Below are positions 1-7,676 of a DNA stretch of 32,000 bases, one piece after another; the first letter of the stretch is position 1, and each line of letters begins with the position of its first letter. Source of the stretch: Clostridia bacterium (GTDB taxonomy: Bacteria > Bacillota > Clostridia > TANB77 > CAG-508). The DNA lies in assembly GCA_017404545.1 (NCBI GenBank), contig JAFRCC010000005.1:38227-70226 (forward strand), read 5' to 3'. Position numbers and translations under genes: made by a program. Under the pieces are notes generated by a model that saw only the letters and a list, made by a program, of their open reading frames with translations, made no database searches and had not been told where the DNA came from.

Positions 1-239
1 ATATCTTTACCTTTTAGAATTTTATTTTTTTCTATTCTGTAGCTTTCTCTAATTAATCTTTTAATTCTGTTTCTTCTTACGGCTTTTCCGATTTTAGTGT
101 TTACCGCAATTCCTACATAATTTTCTTTTTTATTATTGTTTTTTACATACATAATTACGTGTTTAGAAACATAGAATTTTCCTTTTGACAAAACGTTTTT
201 AAATTCATAATTCTTTTTTAGTGTTTTTATTTTTCTCAT
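1..239 (-). CDS. rnpA: RNase P protein component (partial; 3' end runs off the window)
   Basis: Minus-strand ATG (complement of 237-239) opens MRKIKTLKKNYEFKNVLSKGKFYVSKHVIMYVKNNNKKENYVGIAVNTKIGKAVRRNRIKRLIRESYRIEKNK..., which carries the basic RnpA signature (KAVxRNRxKR). It lies directly downstream of rpmH as in most bacteria. It is absent from the ORF track because it is truncated by the window edge. Confidence 0.85.
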   Translation of the reverse strand, partial: MRKIKTLKKNYEFKNVLSKGKFYVSKHVIMYVKNNNKKENYVGIAVNTKIGKAVRRNRIKRLIRESYRIEKNKILKGKD

Positions 240-263
240 AAAAAAATTCAATCTTTCCTCTTA

Positions 264-294
264 TTTTAAAAAAGAACCAACAATAACTGGTTCT
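264..294 (-). terminator. Hairpin terminator/attenuator between rpmH and rnpA
   Basis: Inverted repeat AGAACCA (273-279) / TGGTTCT (288-294), followed on the minus strand by a T-run (plus-strand A-run 265-272). It starts 9 nt after the rpmH stop. Confidence 0.5.
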
Positions 295-302
295 CATCTA
301 AC

Positions 303-437
303 TAAGCACTTAATTTTGCTCTACCTTTAGCACGTCTTGCTTTAAGTACATTTCTACCTGATCTAGTACTCATTCTTTTTAGAAATCCGTGTTCTTTCTT
401 CATCTGTCTATTTTTAGGTTGGAATGTTCTCTTCATC
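303..437 (-). CDS. rpmH: 50S ribosomal protein L34
   Basis: Minus-strand translation [44 protein letters not shown] (44 aa) is unmistakably L34. A GGAGG SD (complement of 448-452) lies about 10 nt upstream. The gene is too short for the ORF track. Confidence 0.95.
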
Positions 438-572
438 TATTTAGCACCTCCTAATATATATCATCTATTATAATAATTTTCTTAAATTATTTATTAACGT
501 TACAATTATACAACCGCATTTCCACTTATGTCAATACTTAATTTGAATTTTCAAAATATTTTATAAATTTTA

Positions 573-602
573 TTGACTATTATAAACATGTTTTGATATG
601 AT
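573..602 (+). promoter_or_regulatory. Putative sigma-A promoter of dnaA
   Basis: TTGACT (573-578), 18-nt spacer, TATGAT (597-602), with TG at 594-595. It sits upstream of the DnaA-box cluster and dnaA. Confidence 0.35.
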
Positions 603-661
603 ATACCAAAAGATAGGGAATACTGGTTTTGGAAGATTTTTTCACAGAATTTTTTTAGAAG

Positions 662-714
662 TTATCCACAGTTTGTGGACATTTATCAACATATGTGGAT
701 AACTCTGTGGATAA
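662..714. promoter_or_regulatory. DnaA-box cluster upstream of dnaA (left part of a bipartite oriC / dnaA autoregulation)
   Basis: Perfect 9-mers TTATCCACA (662-670) and TGTGGATAA (694-702, 706-714). One-mismatch TTATCAACA (683-691) and degenerate TGTGGACAT (674-682). Confidence 0.85.
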
Positions 715-748
715 CTTTCAAAACTTTAATTTTGGAAGGATTTGGTTG

Positions 749-2083
749 ATGATGCAGAGTGAATTAAACGAACTATTAACAAAAGCAAAAGAGCTATTAA
801 AAGACGAAACAACAAAAATATCATATGAAACATGGATAAAAAACCTTGAGATAAAAAGCTTTGACAACAATACAATTGTATTAGTTGCCTCTTCAAGTTT
901 TCAAAAAGAGTCGATACAATCAAGATATAGTGACTTATTAACAAATACCTTTAACTTTATTACTAATAAAGAATGTGTAGTTTCAATTATTTCGAAAGAA
1001 GAAATTGATGAAAATTCCGAATCAAATTTTTTAGAGGATTCAGTTTATGGATATTCGAATCCAACTTTAAATCCTAAATATACATTTGATTCATTTGTTG
1101 TTGGTAATAACAATAGATTTGCACACGCTGCAGCTCTAGCTGTTGCAGAAGCACCGGCTACTTCATACAATCCACTATTTATATATGGAGGCGTTGGTTT
1201 AGGAAAAACTCACTTAATGCATGCTATTGGTAATTCAATTTTACGAAAAAATAAAAATTCTAATATTTTATACGTAACTTCTGAAAAATTTACAAATCAA
1301 CTTATAAATTCCATAAAGGATAACACAAGCGCACAATTTAGGGACAAATATAGAAATATTGATGTACTTTTAATAGATGATATTCAATTTATTGCTGGAA
1401 AAGAACGTATTCAAGAAGAATTTTTCCATACATTTAATACTTTACATGAAAGTGGAAAACAAATAATTCTATCAAGCGATAAACCACCAAAAGATATACC
1501 TCTACTAGAAGATAGATTAAAATCAAGATTTGAATGGGGACTAATTGCAGACATTTCAAACCCTGATTATGAAACACGTCTCGCGATATTAAGAAAAAAA
1601 GCACAATTAGATAATATAATTATAGATGATGAAATTTTATCAAATATTGCAACACGTATAGATTCTAATATTAGGGAACTAGAAGGTACATTAAATAAAT
1701 TGATAGCCACATCATCTTTAACAAATAGCCCAATAACTAAGGAGATGGCAGAAAGGGCTATAAACGATATTGTAGCTCAACAAGAAAAAGTTATATCTTC
1801 AGAATTTATACAAGAAACTGTTGCAAAATATTTTAACATTAGTGCAAAAGATTTACGAGGCTCAAAAAGATCTAATGATATAGCATTTCCAAGACAGATT
1901 GCTATGTATTTATGTAGAAATGTTGCACAAATGTCTTTGCCTCAAATAGGAAAAGATTTTGGTAAAAGAGATCATACAACAGTTATGCACGCATGTAATA
2001 AAATAGAAACAGATATAAAAGAAAATTCAAATACAAAATTAATTGTGGAAAGTGTGAAAAACATTTTATTGGACGATAAATAG
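749..2083 (+). CDS. dnaA: Chromosomal replication initiator protein DnaA
   Basis: The track ORF is 695-2083. I place the start at ATG 749 (GGAAGGA SD at 734-740) because GTG 695 lies inside the DnaA boxes. Walker A GGVGLGKTHL, Walker B LLIDDIQF and the C-terminal DNA-binding motif KRDHTTVMHA are diagnostic. Confidence 0.97.
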   Translation: MMQSELNELLTKAKELLKDETTKISYETWIKNLEIKSFDNNTIVLVASSSFQKESIQSRYSDLLTNTFNFITNKECVVSIISKEEIDENSESNFLEDSVYGYSNPTLNPKYTFDSFVVGNNNRFAHAAALAVAEAPATSYNPLFIYGGVGLGKTHLMHAIGNSILRKNKNSNILYVTSEKFTNQLINSIKDNTSAQFRDKYRNIDVLLIDDIQFIAGKERIQEEFFHTFNTLHESGKQIILSSDKPPKDIPLLEDRLKSRFEWGLIADISNPDYETRLAILRKKAQLDNIIIDDEILSNIATRIDSNIRELEGTLNKLIATSSLTNSPITKEMAERAINDIVAQQEKVISSEFIQETVAKYFNISAKDLRGSKRSNDIAFPRQIAMYLCRNVAQMSLPQIGKDFGKRDHTTVMHACNKIETDIKENSNTKLIVESVKNILLDDK

Positions 2084-2173
2084 TATAAAATCAACAAAAA
2101 ATGACATTATTCCAAAAAGATGTTCTTTAAGTAAAAATCATCTCAAACCCGCCCTACGGAATTGATTGATAAG

Positions 2174-2339
2174 ATATCCACAGGGGGGTGTGGATATCAT
2201 GTGGATAAGCTGTGGATAACTCAGTTATCCACATATTCCAAATTTTCCTGTGGATAACTTTTATAATTTTCCACAAAATTATCAACATCTGAACACTTAG
2301 GGAATATAGTTTTACACATAGTTATCCACATAATCCACA
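2174..2339. promoter_or_regulatory. oriC DnaA-box cluster in the dnaA-dnaN intergenic region
   Basis: Five perfect boxes (TGTGGATAA 2200-2208, 2211-2219, 2249-2257; TTATCCACA 2225-2233, 2322-2330). Five one-mismatch boxes (2174-2182, 2189-2197, 2267-2275, 2279-2287, 2331-2339). Confidence 0.9.
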
Positions 2340-2343
2340 GCAC

Positions 2344-2384
2344 CTACTACTACTACTACTAAATATATTTATTTATTATAATAA
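2344..2384. promoter_or_regulatory. DnaA-trio array (CTA x6 on +, i.e. 5'-TAG-3' x6 on -) plus A/T-rich unwinding stretch
   Basis: CTACTACTACTACTACTA (2344-2361) follows the tandem boxes 2322-2339 after a short GCAC spacer. About 23 nt of pure A/T (2362-2384) then run into the dnaN SD. The layout matches the B. subtilis-type basal unwinding system. Confidence 0.7.
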
Positions 2385-2398
2385 AGGAGACATTGAAA

Positions 2399-3514
2399 AT
2401 GAAAATCATTTGTGAGAAAGAAAATATTATTAAAGCACTTAATTCCGTAACGAAAGCGGTAGCTTCTAAACCAAATAATCCTATATTAGAAGGAATATTA
2501 ATTCAAACAAATAATAAAGAAGTGAAACTGACAACTTACGATTTGGAAATAGGAATTGAATATGTTATAAATTGTGAAGTTAAAGAAGAGGGGGCAATAG
2601 TAATAAATGCAACAATGTTTAGTGAAATAATAAGAAAATTACCAAATACAGAAATTACAATTTACGTTAACGATAATAGTTTGCTTGTAATAGAATGTGA
2701 AGGATCACTTTATAAATTAGCAACTATGAATCCAAATGAATTTCCAGAATTACCGCAAATTAATATAGAAAACTCTATACAAATTGAGCAAAATATACTA
2801 AAAGAAATGATTAGAAGAACAATTTTTGCAGTTAGTACTGAGGAAAACAGACCAATTTTTACAGGTTGTTTATTTGAAATAATAAATAATAAATTAAATG
2901 TTGTTGCCGTTGATGGTTTTAGATTAGCATGGAAAAGCAAATATCTTCAAGCTAAAGTAAATGATTTTAAAGCAGTAATACCAGGAAGGACTTTGAATGA
3001 AATTAATAAAATATTGGTAGATTCCTTTGAGATGATTACAATTGGAGTGGCTAAAAATCAGGCACTTTTTGAATTGGAAAATTGTAAAATAGTAACAAGA
3101 TTATTAGATGGAGAGTTTTTAAATTATTCAAGTGTAATACCAGAAACATGGGAAACAAGAATAAGGGTAAATAGATTAAATCTATTAAATTGCTTTGAAA
3201 GAATATCTTTAATTTCATCATCTAGTATGGAAAGAGAAAAAAAATACCCAGTAAAAGTTTCTATAGATATAGGAAAAATTGTAATATCTTGTACAAATCA
3301 AACTGGTGATGCAAAAGAAGAAATGATGGTTTCAACAGAAGGAAAGAATCTTGAAGTTGGATTTAATCCAAAATATTTTCTAGATGCATGCAGATGTATT
3401 GATGACGAAGAAATATTTATTGATTTTGGAACAAGTATTTCACCAAGTATTATAAGACCAATCGATGAAGGTGATTATATTTATATGATTTTACCAATTA
3501 GAATGAAAGAATAG
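2399..3514 (+). CDS. dnaN: DNA polymerase III beta sliding clamp
   Basis: The track ORF is 2393-3514 (TTG); ATG 2399 lies 8 nt after the AAAGGAGA SD. The ~371-aa three-domain length, the N-terminus MKIICEKENIIKALNSVTKAVASKPNNPILEGILI and the position after dnaA fit the beta clamp. Confidence 0.95.
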   Translation: MKIICEKENIIKALNSVTKAVASKPNNPILEGILIQTNNKEVKLTTYDLEIGIEYVINCEVKEEGAIVINATMFSEIIRKLPNTEITIYVNDNSLLVIECEGSLYKLATMNPNEFPELPQINIENSIQIEQNILKEMIRRTIFAVSTEENRPIFTGCLFEIINNKLNVVAVDGFRLAWKSKYLQAKVNDFKAVIPGRTLNEINKILVDSFEMITIGVAKNQALFELENCKIVTRLLDGEFLNYSSVIPETWETRIRVNRLNLLNCFERISLISSSSMEREKKYPVKVSIDIGKIVISCTNQTGDAKEEMMVSTEGKNLEVGFNPKYFLDACRCIDDEEIFIDFGTSISPSIIRPIDEGDYIYMILPIRMKE

Positions 3515-3520
3515 AAAAAG

Positions 3521-3529
3521 TTATCCACA
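3521..3529 (+). promoter_or_regulatory. Isolated perfect DnaA box between dnaN and recF
   Basis: TTATCCACA lies 7 nt after the dnaN stop, immediately before the recF SD (AAGAGG 3531-3536). Confidence 0.5.
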
Positions 3530-3542
3530 AAAGAGGCACAAT

Positions 3543-4610
3543 ATGTTAATAACAAGTTTAAAAATTAAAAATTTTAGGAATTATGAAGAATTAAATTTAG
3601 ATTTTAATAATAAAATAAATATTTTTTATGGGAATAATGCCCAAGGGAAAACGAATATTATTGAATCAATATTTTTATGTGCAATTGGAAAATCGTTTAG
3701 AACGAACAAAGATAAAGAATTAATTAAATTTAATAAAGATTTTTTAAATATAGAAATTAATTATAAAAAAAGTGATAGAGATGGAAAAATAAAAATAGAT
3801 ATTTCTGAAAAAAAAGAAATATATTTAAATGGAATAAAAACAAAAAAATTAAGTGAGTTAGTCGGAAAAATAAATGTTGTTTTATTTACTCCTGATGATA
3901 TTAATATTTTGAAAGACGGACCTAAAATGAGAAGGCGTTTTTTAGATATAATGATTAGTCAATTAAGACCTAATTATATTTATTGTTTAAATATGTATGC
4001 TAAAACATTAGAGCAAAGGAATATGTATTTAAAACAAATTAAATTTGAACAAAAAAATTCAGATATGTTAGATGTTTGGGATATTAAATTATCTGAATAT
4101 GGAGAAAAAATATTTAATTATAGAAAAGAATTTATAGAAAAAATAAAAAATAAAATAAATAAAATTCATGAAAATATTACTAATAATAATGAAAAAATAA
4201 AAATAGAATATTTATCAGATTTTTTAGATAAAGAAAATTTTTATTCTTCATTGAAAGAAAATAAAAAAGTTGATATAATGAGGGGAGCTACAACAAAAGG
4301 AATTCATAGGGATGATTTTATATTATACTTAAATAATAAAAATGTGAGTATATACGGCTCCCAAGGTCAAAATAGAACAGCTATATTATCTTTAAAAATG
4401 TCTGAACTTCAAGTTATAAAAGATGAAATAGGAGAAAATCCAATATTATTATTAGATGATTTTATGTCTGAATTAGATGAAGAAAGAAGAAATAATTTTT
4501 TAAATAATATTGGAGATACTCAAGTTTTTGTTACATGTACAGATATATTAAAATTAAATAATATAGGAAGTAATTTATATAATGTAAAAAATGGAAAAAT
4601 AATCAGTTAA
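3543..4610 (+). CDS. recF: DNA replication and repair protein RecF
   Basis: Walker A GNNAQGKTNIIESI, ABC/SMC-like signature SQGQNRTAILSLKMSE, Walker B ILLLDDFMSELD. Canonical position after dnaN. Confidence 0.95.
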   Translation: MLITSLKIKNFRNYEELNLDFNNKINIFYGNNAQGKTNIIESIFLCAIGKSFRTNKDKELIKFNKDFLNIEINYKKSDRDGKIKIDISEKKEIYLNGIKTKKLSELVGKINVVLFTPDDINILKDGPKMRRRFLDIMISQLRPNYIYCLNMYAKTLEQRNMYLKQIKFEQKNSDMLDVWDIKLSEYGEKIFNYRKEFIEKIKNKINKIHENITNNNEKIKIEYLSDFLDKENFYSSLKENKKVDIMRGATTKGIHRDDFILYLNNKNVSIYGSQGQNRTAILSLKMSELQVIKDEIGENPILLLDDFMSELDEERRNNFLNNIGDTQVFVTCTDILKLNNIGSNLYNVKNGKIIS

Positions 4611-4824
4611 TTTATTTTTACTCAAAATAAATTAACTATAAATATTAAATAATTAATAAAAAACACTATTTTAAATAATAAAAAAATAAATTAATTATAG
4701 ATAAAAAAATAATTAATTTAAAACAGAAAATATTATTTAAAATAATTAAAATATAAAAATTAATATAAATTAGTAAAAATACTAAATTTTATATAATTAT
4801 TAAAAATAGGAAGGACGGAAAGAA

Positions 4825-6756
4825 ATGGAAAAATTTGAACATGAGTACAATGCAGAGCAAATTCAAGTATTAGATGGAATTGAGCATGTTAGAAAAAGAC
4901 CAGGTATGTATATAGGTAGTGTGTCAATAAGAGGATTACATCACTTGGTGTATGAGATTGTAGATAATGCTGTAGATGAAGCTCTAGCGGGCTATTGTAC
5001 AAAAATTAAAGTTGAAATTGAACCAGGAAATATAATTTGTGTTGAAGACAATGGTAGAGGTATACCAATTGATATTCACAAGAAAACAAAAATATCTGCA
5101 GCAGAAACTGTTTATACGCAATTAAATGCAGGGGGAAAATTTGGTGGCGATAGTGGATACAAAGTTTCTGGAGGTCTTCATGGTGTTGGAGCTTCAGTTG
5201 TAAATGCATTATCAAATTGGACAGAAGTAACCATAAAAAGAGATGGTGGAATACACCAAATGAAATTTGAAAAAGGAAAGACTGTACAAAGTTTACAAAG
5301 AATAGGTGATTCTAGTGAAACTGGAACAAAAGTAAGATTTTTGGCGGATGATACAATATTTGAAACTTTAGAATATGATTATGAAACATTAGAGAATAGA
5401 TTTAGAGAAATGGCCTTCTTAACAAAAGGTCTATATATAAGTATAGAGGATAAAAGAGGTGAAGAGCTTAAAAAAGCAGAATTCTGTTATGAAGGTGGAT
5501 TGAATTCTTTTGTTGAATACTTAAATGAAAGTAAAGAAAAAATAAATCCAAAACCAATATATATTGAAAAAGTTGACGGAGAAGTACCAGTTGAAATAGC
5601 TTTTCAATATACTAGTTCTTATTCAGAAAATATTTATTCATTTGTTAATAACATTAATACAATAGAAGGAGGAACTCACTTAGAAGGATTTAAAAGAGCT
5701 TTAACTAAAACTTTTAATGATTACGCAAAATCTCATAATATATTAAAAGAAAAAGATGGAAATCTACAAGGAGAAGATATAAGAGAGGGCATAACAGCTG
5801 TAATTTCCGTAAAAGTAAGAGAACCTCAGTTTGAAGGACAAACTAAAACAAAGCTAGGTAATAGTAATGTTGGAGGAATTGTTCAAAGTTTAGTTAATGA
5901 AGCTCTAGCTACGTATTTAGAAGAAAATCCTAATATAGCGAAAGCAATATTAGAAAAATGTGTAAGTGCATCAAGAGCTAGAGAAGCAGCAAGAAAAGCA
6001 AGGGAGCTTGTAAGAAGAAAAACTTCACTTGAAACTACAACTTTACCAGGAAAATTAGCCGATTGCTCAAGTAAGAAGGCTGAAGAGTGTGAGGTATATA
6101 TTGTTGAGGGAGATTCTGCAGGTGGTTCAGCGAAGCAAGGTAGAGATAGGAGATATCAAGCAATATTACCATTATGGGGTAAAATGCTAAATGTTGAAAA
6201 AGCCAGAGCTGATAAAATATATGGAAATGACAAGTTAAATCCTGTTATTGTAGCTGTGGGAGCTGGAATTGGAGCAGATTTTGATATAACTAAAATTAGA
6301 TATGGAAAAGTAATTATTATGGCTGATGCTGATGTTGATGGAGCACATATTAGAACTTTATTATTAACATTCTTCTTTAGGTATATGAGACCATTGATTG
6401 AGAATGGAAATGTGTTTTTGGCACAACCGCCTTTGTACAAGTTGTCTAAGAAAGGAATAGATGATATTTATTGTTATACAGACGAAGAGCTAAATAAAAC
6501 TTATGAGGAATTGGGGAAAAAAGGTATTTCTATAGATCAATTGTCAATACAAAGATATAAAGGTCTAGGTGAAATGAACCCAGAGCAATTGTGGGAGACA
6601 ACAATGGATCCAGAAAGAAGAATTCTTGTAAGAGTAACTCTTGAAGACGCAATAAAAGCAGATTCAACATTCTCAATGTTGATGGGTGACGAAGTAGAGC
6701 CAAGAAGAAAATTTATAGAAGAAAATGCAAAATATGTTGTAAACCTAGATGTGTAA
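4825..6756 (+). CDS. gyrB: DNA gyrase subunit B
   Basis: GHKL ATPase motifs ([33 protein letters not shown]) and Toprim [20 protein letters not shown]. 643 aa. Confidence 0.98.
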   Translation: MEKFEHEYNAEQIQVLDGIEHVRKRPGMYIGSVSIRGLHHLVYEIVDNAVDEALAGYCTKIKVEIEPGNIICVEDNGRGIPIDIHKKTKISAAETVYTQLNAGGKFGGDSGYKVSGGLHGVGASVVNALSNWTEVTIKRDGGIHQMKFEKGKTVQSLQRIGDSSETGTKVRFLADDTIFETLEYDYETLENRFREMAFLTKGLYISIEDKRGEELKKAEFCYEGGLNSFVEYLNESKEKINPKPIYIEKVDGEVPVEIAFQYTSSYSENIYSFVNNINTIEGGTHLEGFKRALTKTFNDYAKSHNILKEKDGNLQGEDIREGITAVISVKVREPQFEGQTKTKLGNSNVGGIVQSLVNEALATYLEENPNIAKAILEKCVSASRAREAARKARELVRRKTSLETTTLPGKLADCSSKKAEECEVYIVEGDSAGGSAKQGRDRRYQAILPLWGKMLNVEKARADKIYGNDKLNPVIVAVGAGIGADFDITKIRYGKVIIMADADVDGAHIRTLLLTFFFRYMRPLIENGNVFLAQPPLYKLSKKGIDDIYCYTDEELNKTYEELGKKGISIDQLSIQRYKGLGEMNPEQLWETTMDPERRILVRVTLEDAIKADSTFSMLMGDEVEPRRKFIEENAKYVVNLDV

Positions 6757-6758
6757 AA

Positions 6759-6786
6759 AAGAAGAGATTTATCTCTTCTTTTTTTG
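6759..6786 (+). terminator. Rho-independent terminator after gyrB
   Basis: AAGAAGAGAT (6759-6768) / ATCTCTTCTT (6771-6780) inverted repeat running into a T-run (6779-6785), starting 3 nt after the gyrB stop. Confidence 0.75.
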
Positions 6787-6822
6787 TGGGAAAATTTGTC
6801 GAAAAAAGAAAAACGAAATTTA

Positions 6823-6851
6823 TTGACATTAATCATAATAGATGATAAAAA
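6823..6851 (+). promoter_or_regulatory. Putative promoter of the gyrB-gyrA cassette
   Basis: TTGACA (6823-6828), 17-nt spacer, TAAAAA (6846-6851), preceded by TG (6843-6844; extended -10 type). Confidence 0.35.
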
Positions 6852-6915
6852 TATAAAAAAATAAAAAGGAGGTAAAGAAATAAAAAAAAATAAAATAAAT
6901 TCAACACAATCTTGG

Positions 6916-7443
6916 TTGAATTATGAAAAAATATTGCCAAATGGCATAATAAAAACAAATGAAAAATATATAAAAATTTTAAAGATTATTCCTATCAATT
7001 TTAATTTAAAATCCGAAATGGAAAAAAAAGCAATTTTAAATTCTTATAAAATATTTTTAAAAACGTATAATTCAGATATTCAAATTTTAATTCAAAGTAA
7101 AAAAGAAGATTTATCTAAACATATTTCTAATATAGAATTCCAAAAAAATATTGAAAATAATAATATAAAAAATATTTCAAATAATTATATTGAATATATT
7201 AAAGAATTAAATAAAAGAAAAAAATCATCAACAAAAAATTATTATATTATTATAAAAAATGATAAAAATAATGAAATAGAAAACTATGAAAATTTAGTTT
7301 GTGATGAATTAACAGAAAACTATTTAAAAATAAAAGATTGTTTATCACGTTGTGGAAATAATGTGATAGATATAAATGAGAAAAAAGAAATTATTGAAAT
7401 ATTATTCTCATTTTTAAATAGCCAAAAATTTATATTTGAATAA
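6916..7443 (+). CDS. VirB4/TraC-type conjugation ATPase, N-terminal fragment-like protein (175 aa from TTG 6916; possibly starts at ATA 6880)
   Basis: SWLNYEKILPNGIIKTNEKYIKILKIIPINFNLKSEMEKKAILNSYKIFLKTYNSDIQILIQSKKEDL resembles, from memory, the N-terminal domain of Gram-positive VirB4 proteins (Tn916 Orf16/TcpF/TrsE type). The ORF is very N/K/I-rich. An AGGAGG SD (6867-6872) precedes in-frame ATA 6880. Confidence 0.55.
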   Translation: MNYEKILPNGIIKTNEKYIKILKIIPINFNLKSEMEKKAILNSYKIFLKTYNSDIQILIQSKKEDLSKHISNIEFQKNIENNNIKNISNNYIEYIKELNKRKKSSTKNYYIIIKNDKNNEIENYENLVCDELTENYLKIKDCLSRCGNNVIDINEKKEIIEILFSFLNSQKFIFE

Positions 7444-7676
7444 GAAGGATGTGATAAATAATAAAAGAAAAAAATAAAATAAATAATTTAATTCCAAAAG
7501 GTTTTTTTTCAAGTAAAGATTATATTGCGCCATCATATATAAATATTTCAAATCCTAAATGTATTGAAATAGATAATATTTATTATTCAACTTTATTAAT
7601 AATTAATTATAATAGAGAATATGATGATTTAATTTTAAAAAATATAATTGATTCTAATTTTAATATAAATATTTCC

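Noticed and set aside
695-748. GTG 695 as the dnaA start (the ORF-track start giving MDNSVDNFQNF…).
   Set aside because: These codons are themselves the DnaA boxes TGTGGATAA x2. ATG 749 has a GGAAGGA SD at proper spacing and gives a normal DnaA N-terminus.
2344-2361. The (CTA)6 run as a contingency-locus microsatellite or a coding repeat.
   Set aside because: It is non-coding and sits exactly where a DnaA-trio array is expected (after two tandem boxes, before the A/T-rich stretch). The origin-element reading explains it better. Slippage potential is noted only as a side remark.
4611-4824. The recF-gyrB A/T spacer as a degraded small gene (remB/yaaB-like) or a second unwinding element.
   Set aside because: No ORF or residual coding signal is visible, and no DnaA boxes or trios adjoin it. 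Only a composition/curvature remark can be supported.
6537-6836. 99-aa minus-strand ORF overlapping the gyrB 3' end and terminator. Many similar antisense ORFs also occur inside dnaA, dnaN, gyrB, gyrA, the aminopeptidase, the glycosidase and the island genes (e.g. 726-944, 2710-2940, 5006-5215, 6156-6440, 7916-8245, 11565-11759, 18390-19270, 19662-20394, 23415-23760, 25197-25695, 29364-29807, 30347-30912).
   Set aside because: They lie entirely antisense to or overlapping well-supported genes, lack SDs, and have low-complexity hydrophobic translations typical of A/T-rich shadow ORFs.
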